From positions 1 to 30,193 of the IMG/VR virus record IMGVR_UViG_3300029183_000027: a stretch of 30,193 nt of DNA; one strand, 5' to 3'. Of the stretch, positions 1 through 8,962 are shown piece by piece (positions within the stretch are counted from its first letter, which is position 1; each line of letters begins with the position of its first letter). The notes beneath the pieces were generated by a model. It was not told the DNA's origin. It saw only the letters and a list, made by a program, of their open reading frames with translations, and ran no database searches. The position numbers were made by a program, and so were the translations under genes. Source of the stretch: a virus. Its lineage: Duplodnaviria; Caudoviricetes.

Positions 1-512
1 TCTACGTCTACCAGTGATCCGATTAACCTAGCCGTACCACCGCCGTTCTGTAACGACATTAATTCTTGTGTCTGTAAATCCTCTTGGATACGTGACTTAG
101 TACGTAGAGCAGCATCTAAGCTATTCTCTGCCATAATGTCACCATGATACTTACGGGGTATGTCTTCAAGCAAGGTGTCTACATGATCGTAGGCTACATA
201 AGAGTTATCAAACCCTTCTGCTCGTTGTCCTGTAAGTGCTTTAACTGCTGCTAGGCCTGTATCAAGCTCTAATGCTTTCTGCCTAGTTAAATCCTGTAAT
301 GGCCCAAGACTTAGTTTATCAACCTCCTGTGTAACAGTTGGCTTAAACAGTCCGGGCGCTTCTTGTTCTATCAACCGCGATCCTGCTGATGCAGCGGTTA
401 AGCTAAAGCCTGTTTTGATGTTATCTAGGATACCCATCTGTGCTTGGCTTCGTTTTATCTCTTCGCGCCTATCCGAGGAAAGGGCGCTTAAATCTTCTGT
501 ACTATCTGTCAT
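1..512 (-). CDS. Large internal virion (ejection) protein, gp16-like; N-terminal part only, runs off the window
   Basis: Not in the ORF track because it is open-ended. ATG at 512 with AGGAG at 524-528; translates MTDSTEDLSALSSDRREEIKRSQAQMGILDNIKTG... with no stop to the window edge. Position follows the other internal virion genes. Confidence 0.75.
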   Translation of the reverse strand, partial: MTDSTEDLSALSSDRREEIKRSQAQMGILDNIKTGFSLTAASAGSRLIEQEAPGLFKPTVTQEVDKLSLGPLQDLTRQKALELDTGLAAVKALTGQRAEGFDNSYVAYDHVDTLLEDIPRKYHGDIMAENSLDAALRTKSRIQEDLQTQELMSLQNGGGTARLIGSLVDV

Positions 513-567
513 AAGTCTAGTCTCTCCTAGGAATGTGTCCCGACCATTATTGGCCGGGACGGTGTTC

Positions 568-1725
568 TTACTCCCAAGCCCTCTTGGAAATATTATTTTT
601 GTACTTCTTCATGTAGGCCTCGCCTATCTTTGGAAGGTCTAAAGCGATAGGTTCGCTTAGTGCACCCGTCTCTGTCCGGATACGTACTGCTACGTTCTTA
701 CCATCACTGAGTACGGTAAAGGGGCGTACACCTCTACGAGATATGTCGATCAATTCGCCTGCACCTATTACAGGTCTATCTACATCAACGCCTATAGCTT
801 CGCCCAAATTAGATAATAACTGTGCTCCAGTACCGACCTCTTTAATGAACTCGTTACCGGGTAGCTCTGCTAATCCACGAAGGTGGTCAATGATTACTTC
901 GTTTACGACATCAGGCTTATCCATCTGGGATACACTAGCACCGAACAACTGCTCCTTCATACCTTTTCCGGGTTCCATGATGACAGGGGTGTCACCAATG
1001 AAGTCTGTTCTACGTGCTACATTATCCATCGCAGCTTTGACCATTAAACGTGGATCACTACCGGGATCAAGGAAAGACAGTCTAGTAGTCTCTGCCAATA
1101 CTTGATTAGCAAATAACTCTTGTGTCTCTTCTGATCGAAGTGCCTTACGTTCTTGACCTGTACGGTCTTTAGTCTGGTCAATAGTAGCTTCTGAGAATAT
1201 GGCCTGTATAATGCCTACGTCTTTACGAGCCAAGTAGGATTTAACCGCCTTGTTAGCCCTCTTGATAGTAGCTTCCGTTATCTCTGGCTTATTCTCTTCA
1301 AAACCACCAATCTTTTGTCTAGCATCATTATAACGTAACACACCATCTTGTATGTTCCCACCAATGCCGCCAGACGCTTCAATGATCTGTTCTGCAATAA
1401 GCTGTGTACGACTGTCTAACATACTGTCAGCAACCCGCGTATCATTCTCTTTCAAGGTAACGTAGTTCCGCACCGTATCTACTACGTTTGGATTTACTTT
1501 ACCGTCTGAGGATACAAGCTCGTCTTGACCTAACACAGCAATAGCCTCTGCTCTTGTCTGTGGATCGACTGCACCCGCACTTACATAAGCAGCAAGTAGA
1601 CTGGTCTGCATAAGCGCAACCGCGTCATCTTCTGTTATAGCTCCTTTATCAATCTCACCAGAAATCTGTGCAACAATATCCTTAGACTTGTTCTGCCAGT
1701 ATTCCCGCTGATCTTTTACGGACAT
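568..1725 (-). CDS. C-terminal part of internal virion protein (gp15-like), in frame with 1753..3405 behind a single TAG
   Basis: Same frame as the upstream ORF, with only 9 sense codons between the TAG (1753-1755) and ATG 1725. No clear Shine-Dalgarno before ATG 1725. Confidence 0.7.
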   Translation of the reverse strand: MSVKDQREYWQNKSKDIVAQISGEIDKGAITEDDAVALMQTSLLAAYVSAGAVDPQTRAEAIAVLGQDELVSSDGKVNPNVVDTVRNYVTLKENDTRVADSMLDSRTQLIAEQIIEASGGIGGNIQDGVLRYNDARQKIGGFEENKPEITEATIKRANKAVKSYLARKDVGIIQAIFSEATIDQTKDRTGQERKALRSEETQELFANQVLAETTRLSFLDPGSDPRLMVKAAMDNVARRTDFIGDTPVIMEPGKGMKEQLFGASVSQMDKPDVVNEVIIDHLRGLAELPGNEFIKEVGTGAQLLSNLGEAIGVDVDRPVIGAGELIDISRRGVRPFTVLSDGKNVAVRIRTETGALSEPIALDLPKIGEAYMKKYKNNISKRAWE

Positions 1726-1752
1726 CTCACTAATGGTTCCAGTACGCGCAGA

Positions 1753-3405
1753 CTACTCTTGTAAGCGGCGGTTCTGCTGGTACTCAATGCCATCTGCTTC
1801 TGCTGTGTAATACAGTGCTGCTGCATCTGCTGTAATGGAAGCGTAACCCATGTCCTTTAAAGACACGCCATTAGCTGCATACATCTCTACCACGTTGTTT
1901 TGATACTCTGTGGTTAGACGGTTAGCCTCTGCCGGGGTAACACCTTCACGAGATACCTCAGATTTAAACTTAGCCTTGACTAGCTCAAACTGCGCATCCA
2001 ACGCTTCACGCTTGTTCTCGTCTACCTTATCCCTATTGGCTTTGTGTGCCTTAGTGATAGTAGAGATCATATGTCCTGTAATGGCCGCAGACTGTTTAAC
2101 TCCGAAAGCATTACGGTTCTCTCTTGATAACCTAATGTACTCGTCTTTAGAAATCTCTTGGTTCTCTAGTCGAGCATCAATGGCAATCTGAGAAAGCCGC
2201 ATCTCTTCCGTAGCCGCTAGGTCACTTTGTTCCTCAAGCTCTTGCATAGCCTTTTGAATGGTATCGGCTCTGGTCTTAGCATCAGCAGGCCTAGGCCCAC
2301 CTTGCTTGGCTATCTTATTCTCCAGATACTCTATGGCATCTGTGTCTCCCATAGCCTTAGCCTGCTTGAGTAAATACCCGTCGCCCTCTAGCTCATAGGT
2401 AATAGCGTCTTCGGCTGCTACGTAGGCTGCATTAGCCTCTGTGGCATCAATATCCATACCGTGTTCAGCATAGAGCTTTGCGAAGGCTTCCATAGACTGT
2501 TTACCTGTCAAGGCTCCTGTAGCTATCTCGCGTACTAGACTGTCCCGTTCTGCAATGAATTTCTCATTGTATTCAGAACGTAGATCACTTTGGTAGCGAT
2601 TACGTGCGTTATCTATGGCTTGCTTATCGGTATTACTTAAATTATCCAATACGCCTGCCTGTTTTAACTTAGAGTAAGCCTGTGCATTACCGTTCTCAAA
2701 GGCACGTATAACGCCCTCTGCTACGGCTTTGTTTCTCCGGTCATCACTTAGCCCAGAAGATACAGAACCCGCTCCACCGCTTGCTGCGGCGATTAGTTGT
2801 TCGGTAGCTGTTGCGTCTTTAGACACCGTATCAATAGAATAACTAAGGGCTTTAAATGCCTCACCTTCTTGGTAAGCCAAGTGAGCCTTAGTATGTTCCT
2901 GTACGAGGACAGGCATCTGCTTGGACATGGTTTCTCTGACCATGCGTCCCGTGCGTTCATCTAATCCATTGATCTGCTGCTCAAGCTGATTAACGTACTG
3001 TGCTCTAAACGTATCAGGATCATCTTGATAACCCTTCTGACGAATAAGCTCTTGTTGTGCTGCAAGCATTGAAGACGATATGGTCTGTGCCTGCATGACC
3101 CGATAGCCCTGTAGCGCCCATTTGTTGCCTTCCATCTCTACATCATCAATAGCCTTACCTTGTTGATAGGCCATTTGACCGTCAAGGATTGATTTCTCAT
3201 GTTCCTTATTAGCGGCGGTCTGTAGAGCTTCTGAGGCCCACGCATTAAGAGAAGAGCCAAGCCTGCTCGTAAACGACTGTGCCACGTCAGGAACGGGGGC
3301 AGCGGATACAGATAACCCTGCACTAGGCCGTGCAGCAGGAACTACTTGATTAGCACCAGCAAGGCTATCGCTCACCCGTGCTCTTTCGTTTTGACCAGTT
3401 TTCAT
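1753..3405 (-). CDS. N-terminal part of internal virion protein (gp15-like); full frame 568..3405 is about 945 codons
   Basis: Helical Ala/Gln/Glu-rich protein; synteny after the small internal virion gene; TAATG overlap at 3405. Confidence 0.75.
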   Translation of the reverse strand: MKTGQNERARVSDSLAGANQVVPAARPSAGLSVSAAPVPDVAQSFTSRLGSSLNAWASEALQTAANKEHEKSILDGQMAYQQGKAIDDVEMEGNKWALQGYRVMQAQTISSSMLAAQQELIRQKGYQDDPDTFRAQYVNQLEQQINGLDERTGRMVRETMSKQMPVLVQEHTKAHLAYQEGEAFKALSYSIDTVSKDATATEQLIAAASGGAGSVSSGLSDDRRNKAVAEGVIRAFENGNAQAYSKLKQAGVLDNLSNTDKQAIDNARNRYQSDLRSEYNEKFIAERDSLVREIATGALTGKQSMEAFAKLYAEHGMDIDATEANAAYVAAEDAITYELEGDGYLLKQAKAMGDTDAIEYLENKIAKQGGPRPADAKTRADTIQKAMQELEEQSDLAATEEMRLSQIAIDARLENQEISKDEYIRLSRENRNAFGVKQSAAITGHMISTITKAHKANRDKVDENKREALDAQFELVKAKFKSEVSREGVTPAEANRLTTEYQNNVVEMYAANGVSLKDMGYASITADAAALYYTAEADGIEYQQNRRLQE

Positions 3406-3968
3406 TATCCCTTACCTCCAAGTAATCGACTAAGAGAATTTCCTAGTCCATCGCCTTCCGGCTGGTTATTATTATATGTACTTACTAGGCTTGTACCTAG
3501 TCCGAGTAATGCCATGCCTACGTTAGGAGACTGGAATACTCGCGTATCCCTGCCTGCAATTCGATTAAGTGTAATGTTCTTACGCTGATCGCCAGCAGCC
3601 TGCATATTGCTCTTGAGGCTCTTCATACGCGCGTAGTTAGCGTTAAGAGCACTGCGCTCTAATCCACGCATAACCTGATCGACGCTGCTCCCTGCTACTC
3701 CTGCTGCTGCTGCATTGACCTCTGCCTGACCTTTGTCCTGCATTGACGCAATACTTATCTGCTGCTGTAGTCGTATAGAACTGTCTCTAACGTCTATCTC
3801 TTGTTTAGTTACACTGTTAAGTTGTAGTGCAGAAGAGATGCCCAACATAGCCTCTCTGTGCTTTTGAGCATCCTTCTGCATCTTAACCTGAGTATCAGCG
3901 AGTATAAAGTTACCTGCTGCACCTACGACATCTGTGCCTAGTTTGGCAGCTAGTAATGGTGATACCAT
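3405..3968 (-). CDS. Small internal virion protein (gp14-like)
   Basis: Start moved to ATG 3968 (TAATG overlap, AAGGAG upstream). Contains the AAAAGVAGSSV motif typical of gp14-like ejection proteins; synteny. Confidence 0.8.
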   Translation of the reverse strand: MVSPLLAAKLGTDVVGAAGNFILADTQVKMQKDAQKHREAMLGISSALQLNSVTKQEIDVRDSSIRLQQQISIASMQDKGQAEVNAAAAGVAGSSVDQVMRGLERSALNANYARMKSLKSNMQAAGDQRKNITLNRIAGRDTRVFQSPNVGMALLGLGTSLVSTYNNNQPEGDGLGNSLSRLLGGKG

Positions 3969-6391
3969 TATACTCTCCTTCCTCTTGTTAGTGGTTGACC
4001 CGCCCATTCAATTTCAGTAATTGATACAGGCCAGACGTGATCTGCCTTGATACTAAATTCAGACCAATCAGAACGCTCTCCCCAAGGTACAACAAATGTA
4101 CCGGAAGACGTGCCGTTAAAGTCTGTATCGTCTAAGTCAATGTCCAATACATATCGCTCGTTAGATACTACTGTATCCTCTGACCTGTACTTAGATGACA
4201 TCGTAGCGGAGATGTATCCGCTGTCTTCGAAGTATAGAATGAACTCTGTTACAGTTAGCTTTGCATACCGCTGTGCTTTACCATCTTTATCCCGTATAAA
4301 CGGCATAGTTGGGGTGAGCACGGTTTCGTATGGAATACCATAGAAAACCTGTGCATCCTCTGGAACAACGTCCGAAGAGAATGAGTACGTATATGGCCCT
4401 GTACCCGTAACGGTGTACTTAACGGTGTTTCCGGGTCGGTCACATCCATCACCCTGTACGATAACGAGGTTATCATAGTCAGACGTAATAGATGAAATAG
4501 TATCGGAATACGTTACAGTATCTTTATCATACATATCCAGACATAGAGAATAACCTAAGTCTTCCTCTTCTCTGAAATCTAAAAACATAGACGTTTGTAC
4601 GACACCGTTTCCGGTATCCATCAATAGGTATATATCCTCGTCTTCAATAAACATATTTACAACGGGGTACGGGAATACCCATTCATGCCAAGCATCTTGT
4701 ATCTTTTCCTGACCGTTCCAAATGTATTGGTTAACGAATACTATATTACGTTGATCTGGATCGTCTGTGATAGCCATAGTTAGGCCGAAGTCCTGCGAGG
4801 ATACAATCTGGGTAATGTTACCCTTCATGTATTTCTTCTGTAGTTCTGTCAGGGTTACTGCTGTATTAGCGGTATCCGTATTAATAGAATAGAACTCTTT
4901 TATGCCAGACCACTTGCCCCTAGTAAAAGGAAATAGGACTGTTCTGCCTGTACTCACGGGACGAACTGATAAGTCCGCTCCGAAGGCCGTAGTCTCTGTC
5001 ATAGAGTTGTTGCTAGGAGAGAACCTGACTGATCCGCTTACCAATGCCTGAGCAGTAGTACCGAATATAACAAGGTCTCTATCAAAAGCAATAATCCATT
5101 CGAGATTGTTCTCGTTCTCTGCTGTAGACAGCATCCCTACCGGGTCGGTGGCGGTTGTAGCCACTACAGACTGTGCATACCAGTCCAGCGGAATACTTGT
5201 TCTGCTCATTAATACGTGTGGCCCACTTACGAATACTAGACGTGACTGAAATCCAGCTACGTCTCTAATTGACCTACCTACGAAATCAGGATACGGATTA
5301 GTATTCTCGTCTCCTGTTCTACGTGGTTGCCAGTCTCCTTGACGTAAGGTGAACTCGTTGTCGCCTGTCTTAGTTAATACGTGCGGCATAGTTGTCTTAT
5401 CGAAGGCAACCGTCTCATAAGCATTAACCCATTCACGCCACAGACCTTCACTTCCAAAGGAAGCACCTACAGTAGTTTCTCCGTCTACCTCAAAGCGCAT
5501 CCAGAAGTCATCCTCTGTGTCATCTAATCCGATAACCTTAACGAGGGTTCCATGTGGTGCGAGTTCTACCAAGTCTTCTGTAGACTTAGCTACGGCGGTC
5601 TGTTTACGCAAGGTGTCTCCACCTGATCCGTCTTCGACTGTAATCTTAATATCAGATACACCTGTTATGGACATAACGCTGCCTGATACCGTAACTACCG
5701 TTCCAGCACGTACTGCGTTGTTGGACGTATAAATAGGAGTATCTACTCCATCTTCTACGTTAGTGTATCCTGTAATGCCTTGACCTGATTGTAGACTTGT
5801 GGCTAGAGATGACATGATATATTTGGATGTAGTTTTAGCTGCATCTCCATCATCAATTCCGTGAGGGGCCATGTAGTTTCCTGTGGCCTTATACCCATCG
5901 CTGTATTCAATGATTATAGAATACGTATGACTAAATAGACCGCCCAAGGACATCACCAGACCAATGTCTGTGATTACCTCGTCCTGTCCACTTGTGTCTG
6001 TAGGGTCTAACTCTACGATCTTGTCTCGGTTAGTGATGTATATGGCGTCGTCATAAGAATACGCGGATATATCTGAACCGATATAATCAAGAGCATTATC
6101 CTCTTCGATAATAGTCTGTAGAATGCCTTCTTTAGATACGATATATAACTGACCTGCTGTATAAGCAAGCTGATATATTTCGCCCTCTATCTCAAGCTCT
6201 CTATCTAGGTAACGCATACCCCGTGGGATAGCCGTTGTGTTTATTAATGTGGTTCCGGGGCGACGAGATAATCCGCGTACTACGTCCGAAATACCGTTGA
6301 CTTGTGCGGTTAGCTGTCCGTCCTGACGCAAGTGTGCAGGCTGTTGGCTAATCCCCTGTAACAATGATCCTAGGCTACTGTGGTCGGCCAT
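3968..6391 (-). CDS. Tail tubular protein B (nozzle, gp12-like)
   Basis: 807 aa; N-terminal 'SLLQGISQQP...GLSRRPG' and internal 'W..R..GD..TNP.P.FVG..I......FQSRL' signatures. Confidence 0.93.
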   Translation of the reverse strand: MADHSSLGSLLQGISQQPAHLRQDGQLTAQVNGISDVVRGLSRRPGTTLINTTAIPRGMRYLDRELEIEGEIYQLAYTAGQLYIVSKEGILQTIIEEDNALDYIGSDISAYSYDDAIYITNRDKIVELDPTDTSGQDEVITDIGLVMSLGGLFSHTYSIIIEYSDGYKATGNYMAPHGIDDGDAAKTTSKYIMSSLATSLQSGQGITGYTNVEDGVDTPIYTSNNAVRAGTVVTVSGSVMSITGVSDIKITVEDGSGGDTLRKQTAVAKSTEDLVELAPHGTLVKVIGLDDTEDDFWMRFEVDGETTVGASFGSEGLWREWVNAYETVAFDKTTMPHVLTKTGDNEFTLRQGDWQPRRTGDENTNPYPDFVGRSIRDVAGFQSRLVFVSGPHVLMSRTSIPLDWYAQSVVATTATDPVGMLSTAENENNLEWIIAFDRDLVIFGTTAQALVSGSVRFSPSNNSMTETTAFGADLSVRPVSTGRTVLFPFTRGKWSGIKEFYSINTDTANTAVTLTELQKKYMKGNITQIVSSQDFGLTMAITDDPDQRNIVFVNQYIWNGQEKIQDAWHEWVFPYPVVNMFIEDEDIYLLMDTGNGVVQTSMFLDFREEEDLGYSLCLDMYDKDTVTYSDTISSITSDYDNLVIVQGDGCDRPGNTVKYTVTGTGPYTYSFSSDVVPEDAQVFYGIPYETVLTPTMPFIRDKDGKAQRYAKLTVTEFILYFEDSGYISATMSSKYRSEDTVVSNERYVLDIDLDDTDFNGTSSGTFVVPWGERSDWSEFSIKADHVWPVSITEIEWAGQPLTRGRRV

Positions 6392-6990
6392 TATGGTCTA
6401 CCTAATACGCTACTGGAGTATGTGCTGCTACCGGAGTTACGCCGCGTTCTGAAATATATATAGGCAGGACTGTTAAAGAAGTTACTGTCTGCTAGTTTTA
6501 TATTCTCTTCAATAAGCCGTACTTCTGCTTTCTGTTTTGCTTCTTTGTATCTATCTAGTTTAGCTGTAGCTCCGTCCTGATCTAGGAAGAACTCATATCG
6601 AGCTAATGCACGTAGATACTGATACGCAGTAGGCGGCAAGTCTTCTAGGGGTAGCTGTACGATAACAATACACTCTACAGGACATTCAATCTCATAAGTA
6701 TAGTTTTTATTATCAAACAGGTATCTACCTCGCACTGAATAATCCAGAGACGTGTCCGTAGGATCACAAGTCATTGTACCTTCTGGTACGAGTATCTTGT
6801 TATCTGTATTGGGTTCTAATGTACGTAGGCTCGTATTAAACCATAATTCCATGCTAGAGAATTGTTCGAGTACGTCATCTAACGTGTTACGTGCCTTTAC
6901 ATAATTTGGGTGGCGAATATCAGACGCCGCCAGTGGCGCTGTACCTGTTGTAGCAAGCATAGCGTTAATTAAACGAATTTCTTTCGTCAT
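6391..6990 (-). CDS. Tail tubular protein A (adaptor, gp11-like)
   Basis: 199 aa; 'INAMLATTG.AP', 'WFNT' and 'LPLEDLP' motifs; directly after the capsid gene. Confidence 0.9.
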   Translation of the reverse strand: MTKEIRLINAMLATTGTAPLAASDIRHPNYVKARNTLDDVLEQFSSMELWFNTSLRTLEPNTDNKILVPEGTMTCDPTDTSLDYSVRGRYLFDNKNYTYEIECPVECIVIVQLPLEDLPPTAYQYLRALARYEFFLDQDGATAKLDRYKEAKQKAEVRLIEENIKLADSNFFNSPAYIYFRTRRNSGSSTYSSSVLGRP

Positions 6991-7062
6991 GGTATCACCT
7001 TTCTTTTGTTAGTGATGTAGTCCCTGCGCGGAGAGTACGACTTATAGAACTACACGACAAAC

Positions 7063-7095
7063 AAAAAAAGCCCCGCTCCCGAAGGAACGAGGCTA
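7063..7095 (-). terminator. Intrinsic terminator after the major capsid gene (T-phi-like)
   Basis: Minus strand AGCCTCGTTCC-TTCG-GGAGCGGGGCT with a cUUCGg tetraloop, running into a 7-T tract; classic position. Confidence 0.92.
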
Positions 7096-7101
7096 TATAA
7101 C

Positions 7102-8070
7102 TTATGCCTTACGGATTGCGTAAGACGTATCAGTGCGGTTAATGCCAGCACCATATGATGTCCAGCTATCAATGAACCACTGCTTCTCAATATCAGAGAA
7201 GTAGACGTTCGATGTCATTGGGATTGTTTCACCAACGAGGATAGACTTAGGATGCATAATAAGAGCAGTGACGTTTGCTTCTGCTGCAGATACGTCATAG
7301 AAGTTGCTGTTATTAGCATTAGACAGGATATGGCCTGTGATGGCAGTCTGAGGAAGACGGTTAGTCTTCACCAGCGGACAACCCTTAACAGTCATAACCT
7401 TACCGCCTGCGAAGTCTCCGTTAGAAGACGAGTAGTCACGGGACAGTAGCTTATCGTTGTTCATAAGAACATCGTACTGTGTTGGGTTAACGAAGATTGC
7501 ACATTCATCTGTGTCGATGTCTTGCAATTCGTACTGAACCAGACCAGCGGCAATGGCTTCATACAGCGCATCCGGGTCTTCTTCATCACCAGCATTAGAC
7601 AGTGTAGTAGTAGTACCGGGGCCGAAGGCTCCATTAAGCGTGTCTTGGTTAGTCGTGGCAGAGCCTTTAACGCCTGCAATGAGCAACGAAGTATCGAAAT
7701 ACTTAGCAAGCTCTTTACCGTGATCCTCACCCAATTCCTTACGAACATTGAAATCGCTCTGGAATGAGTTAAGCAAGGACTGATTGTCCCGTGCAAGTAC
7801 CACTGTATCCACTGTTACGGATACTTTGCCTTGAGGCGTTGGTGTTGCAGGAGGACGTACACCGGGGGTAAGGCCTACGAGAGTTGTCTTACCGATACGG
7901 CGCTCAATGGCTGTATCTGTACCACGGATAGTACGAACGCGGACAAATTTCCGCATGATGGATTTTTTAGCAAACTGGCTGTCAACTACACCACCGAAAT
8001 GGTCGATCAAATCTGCACGATCCTGATCTGATAGATGCGTACTGTCTGCTGGAATATTAATACCTGACAT
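7102..8070 (-). CDS. Major capsid protein
   Basis: 322 aa; 'DHFGGVVDSQF', 'RTIRGT...RIG', 'VTVDT' and 'ELG..HG.ELAK.FD' match T7/phiKMV-type capsids. Confidence 0.95.
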   Translation of the reverse strand: MSGINIPADSTHLSDQDRADLIDHFGGVVDSQFAKKSIMRKFVRVRTIRGTDTAIERRIGKTTLVGLTPGVRPPATPTPQGKVSVTVDTVVLARDNQSLLNSFQSDFNVRKELGEDHGKELAKYFDTSLLIAGVKGSATTNQDTLNGAFGPGTTTTLSNAGDEEDPDALYEAIAAGLVQYELQDIDTDECAIFVNPTQYDVLMNNDKLLSRDYSSSNGDFAGGKVMTVKGCPLVKTNRLPQTAITGHILSNANNSNFYDVSAAEANVTALIMHPKSILVGETIPMTSNVYFSDIEKQWFIDSWTSYGAGINRTDTSYAIRKA

Positions 8071-8095
8071 AATATCTCTTTCTGTTTATAAGGGC

Positions 8096-8953
8096 TTATA
8101 TGCCCAATTTACGGCCTGCGCGCCGTGCTGCTTTAATACGGTCTACTGCTTTCTGGTCTCCGCGCTGATGCGCGTCGTCCAGTTGCTCTGCAAACTGTAT
8201 TCTCGTAATAGGCTCTACAGCCGGGGCCGCACTAGAAGTAGGTTCTGCGCGTTGGGGTTTACCAACTTCGATGGCCGTATTTTTGGCATCTGCGTTGTAA
8301 AGACCTGTGATCTCTGCTACTGCAAAACGTGCAGCCGCTCCACCACGGTCAATCATCTCTGCGTATTCTGAGATGTCTGTGTTACTGGATTTAGTCCATT
8401 TAATAATGGTATCCCAATTACTTTCACCACCTGCTGCCTCATAAACAGTGTTTTTAATGGCGGCGGTTTTCTCTTGAGCCTCTTTAATAAATGCCTTAGT
8501 ACCAGTAAGGATTATGGCGGCGGCAGACTTACCGACCTTGGCTTCTAAAGCTGCGGTGTCGATCTTATCAATATCGCCGGAAGATACTGCGTCGAATAGG
8601 ATAGCCTTGGCTTCCTCTGTAGTGACGCCTGCATTTTGTAGAACCGTAAGTGTATTGTTACCTACATCTGATCCGGTGTCTCCCCATACGTCTGTATCTA
8701 GGGCTACCTCTTCCTTATTATCTTCCTTATTCTCTTCTTCCTCTTCTACCTTTGGCTCTTCTTCTGTTGGAGGAGTAGGGTCTGCTGGTGGAGTAGTTTC
8801 GTCCTCTTTGGGCGTCTCTACAGGAGGAAGGAATGGATTTTTATCCTCTGGGTTTACAGGAGGTTCCTGTACGGGAGGAGTAGGGTCTGCTACAGGAGGA
8901 ACCCGGTTAGGGTCTTCTACTATAGCAGGAGGGGTAGTCGGTGTAGTTGTCAT
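8096..8953 (-). CDS. Capsid scaffolding protein
   Basis: Pro/Glu-rich N-terminus, 'AGGESNW..I..W' motif and basic C-terminus 'ARRAGRKLGI'; lies between portal and capsid. Confidence 0.9.
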   Translation of the reverse strand: MTTTPTTPPAIVEDPNRVPPVADPTPPVQEPPVNPEDKNPFLPPVETPKEDETTPPADPTPPTEEEPKVEEEEENKEDNKEEVALDTDVWGDTGSDVGNNTLTVLQNAGVTTEEAKAILFDAVSSGDIDKIDTAALEAKVGKSAAAIILTGTKAFIKEAQEKTAAIKNTVYEAAGGESNWDTIIKWTKSSNTDISEYAEMIDRGGAAARFAVAEITGLYNADAKNTAIEVGKPQRAEPTSSAAPAVEPITRIQFAEQLDDAHQRGDQKAVDRIKAARRAGRKLGI

Positions 8954-8962
8954 ATATCTCTC

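Noticed and set aside
7033-7050. Plus-strand GAGTACGACTTATAGAAC resembling a T7/SP6 promoter
   Set aside because: Matches only the 3' end of the candidate consensus, points antisense, and overlaps the hairpin arm and loop.
7102-7135. T7 10A/10B-style capsid frameshift (small hairpin GTCTTACG/CGTAAGGC near the stop)
   Set aside because: No slippery sequence and no extension ORF; the terminator follows immediately.
8769-8891. 18-nt direct repeat GGAGGAGTAGGGTCTGCT (two copies)
   Set aside because: Encodes the repeated ADPTPP peptide in the low-complexity scaffold N-terminus; not CRISPR-like or regulatory.
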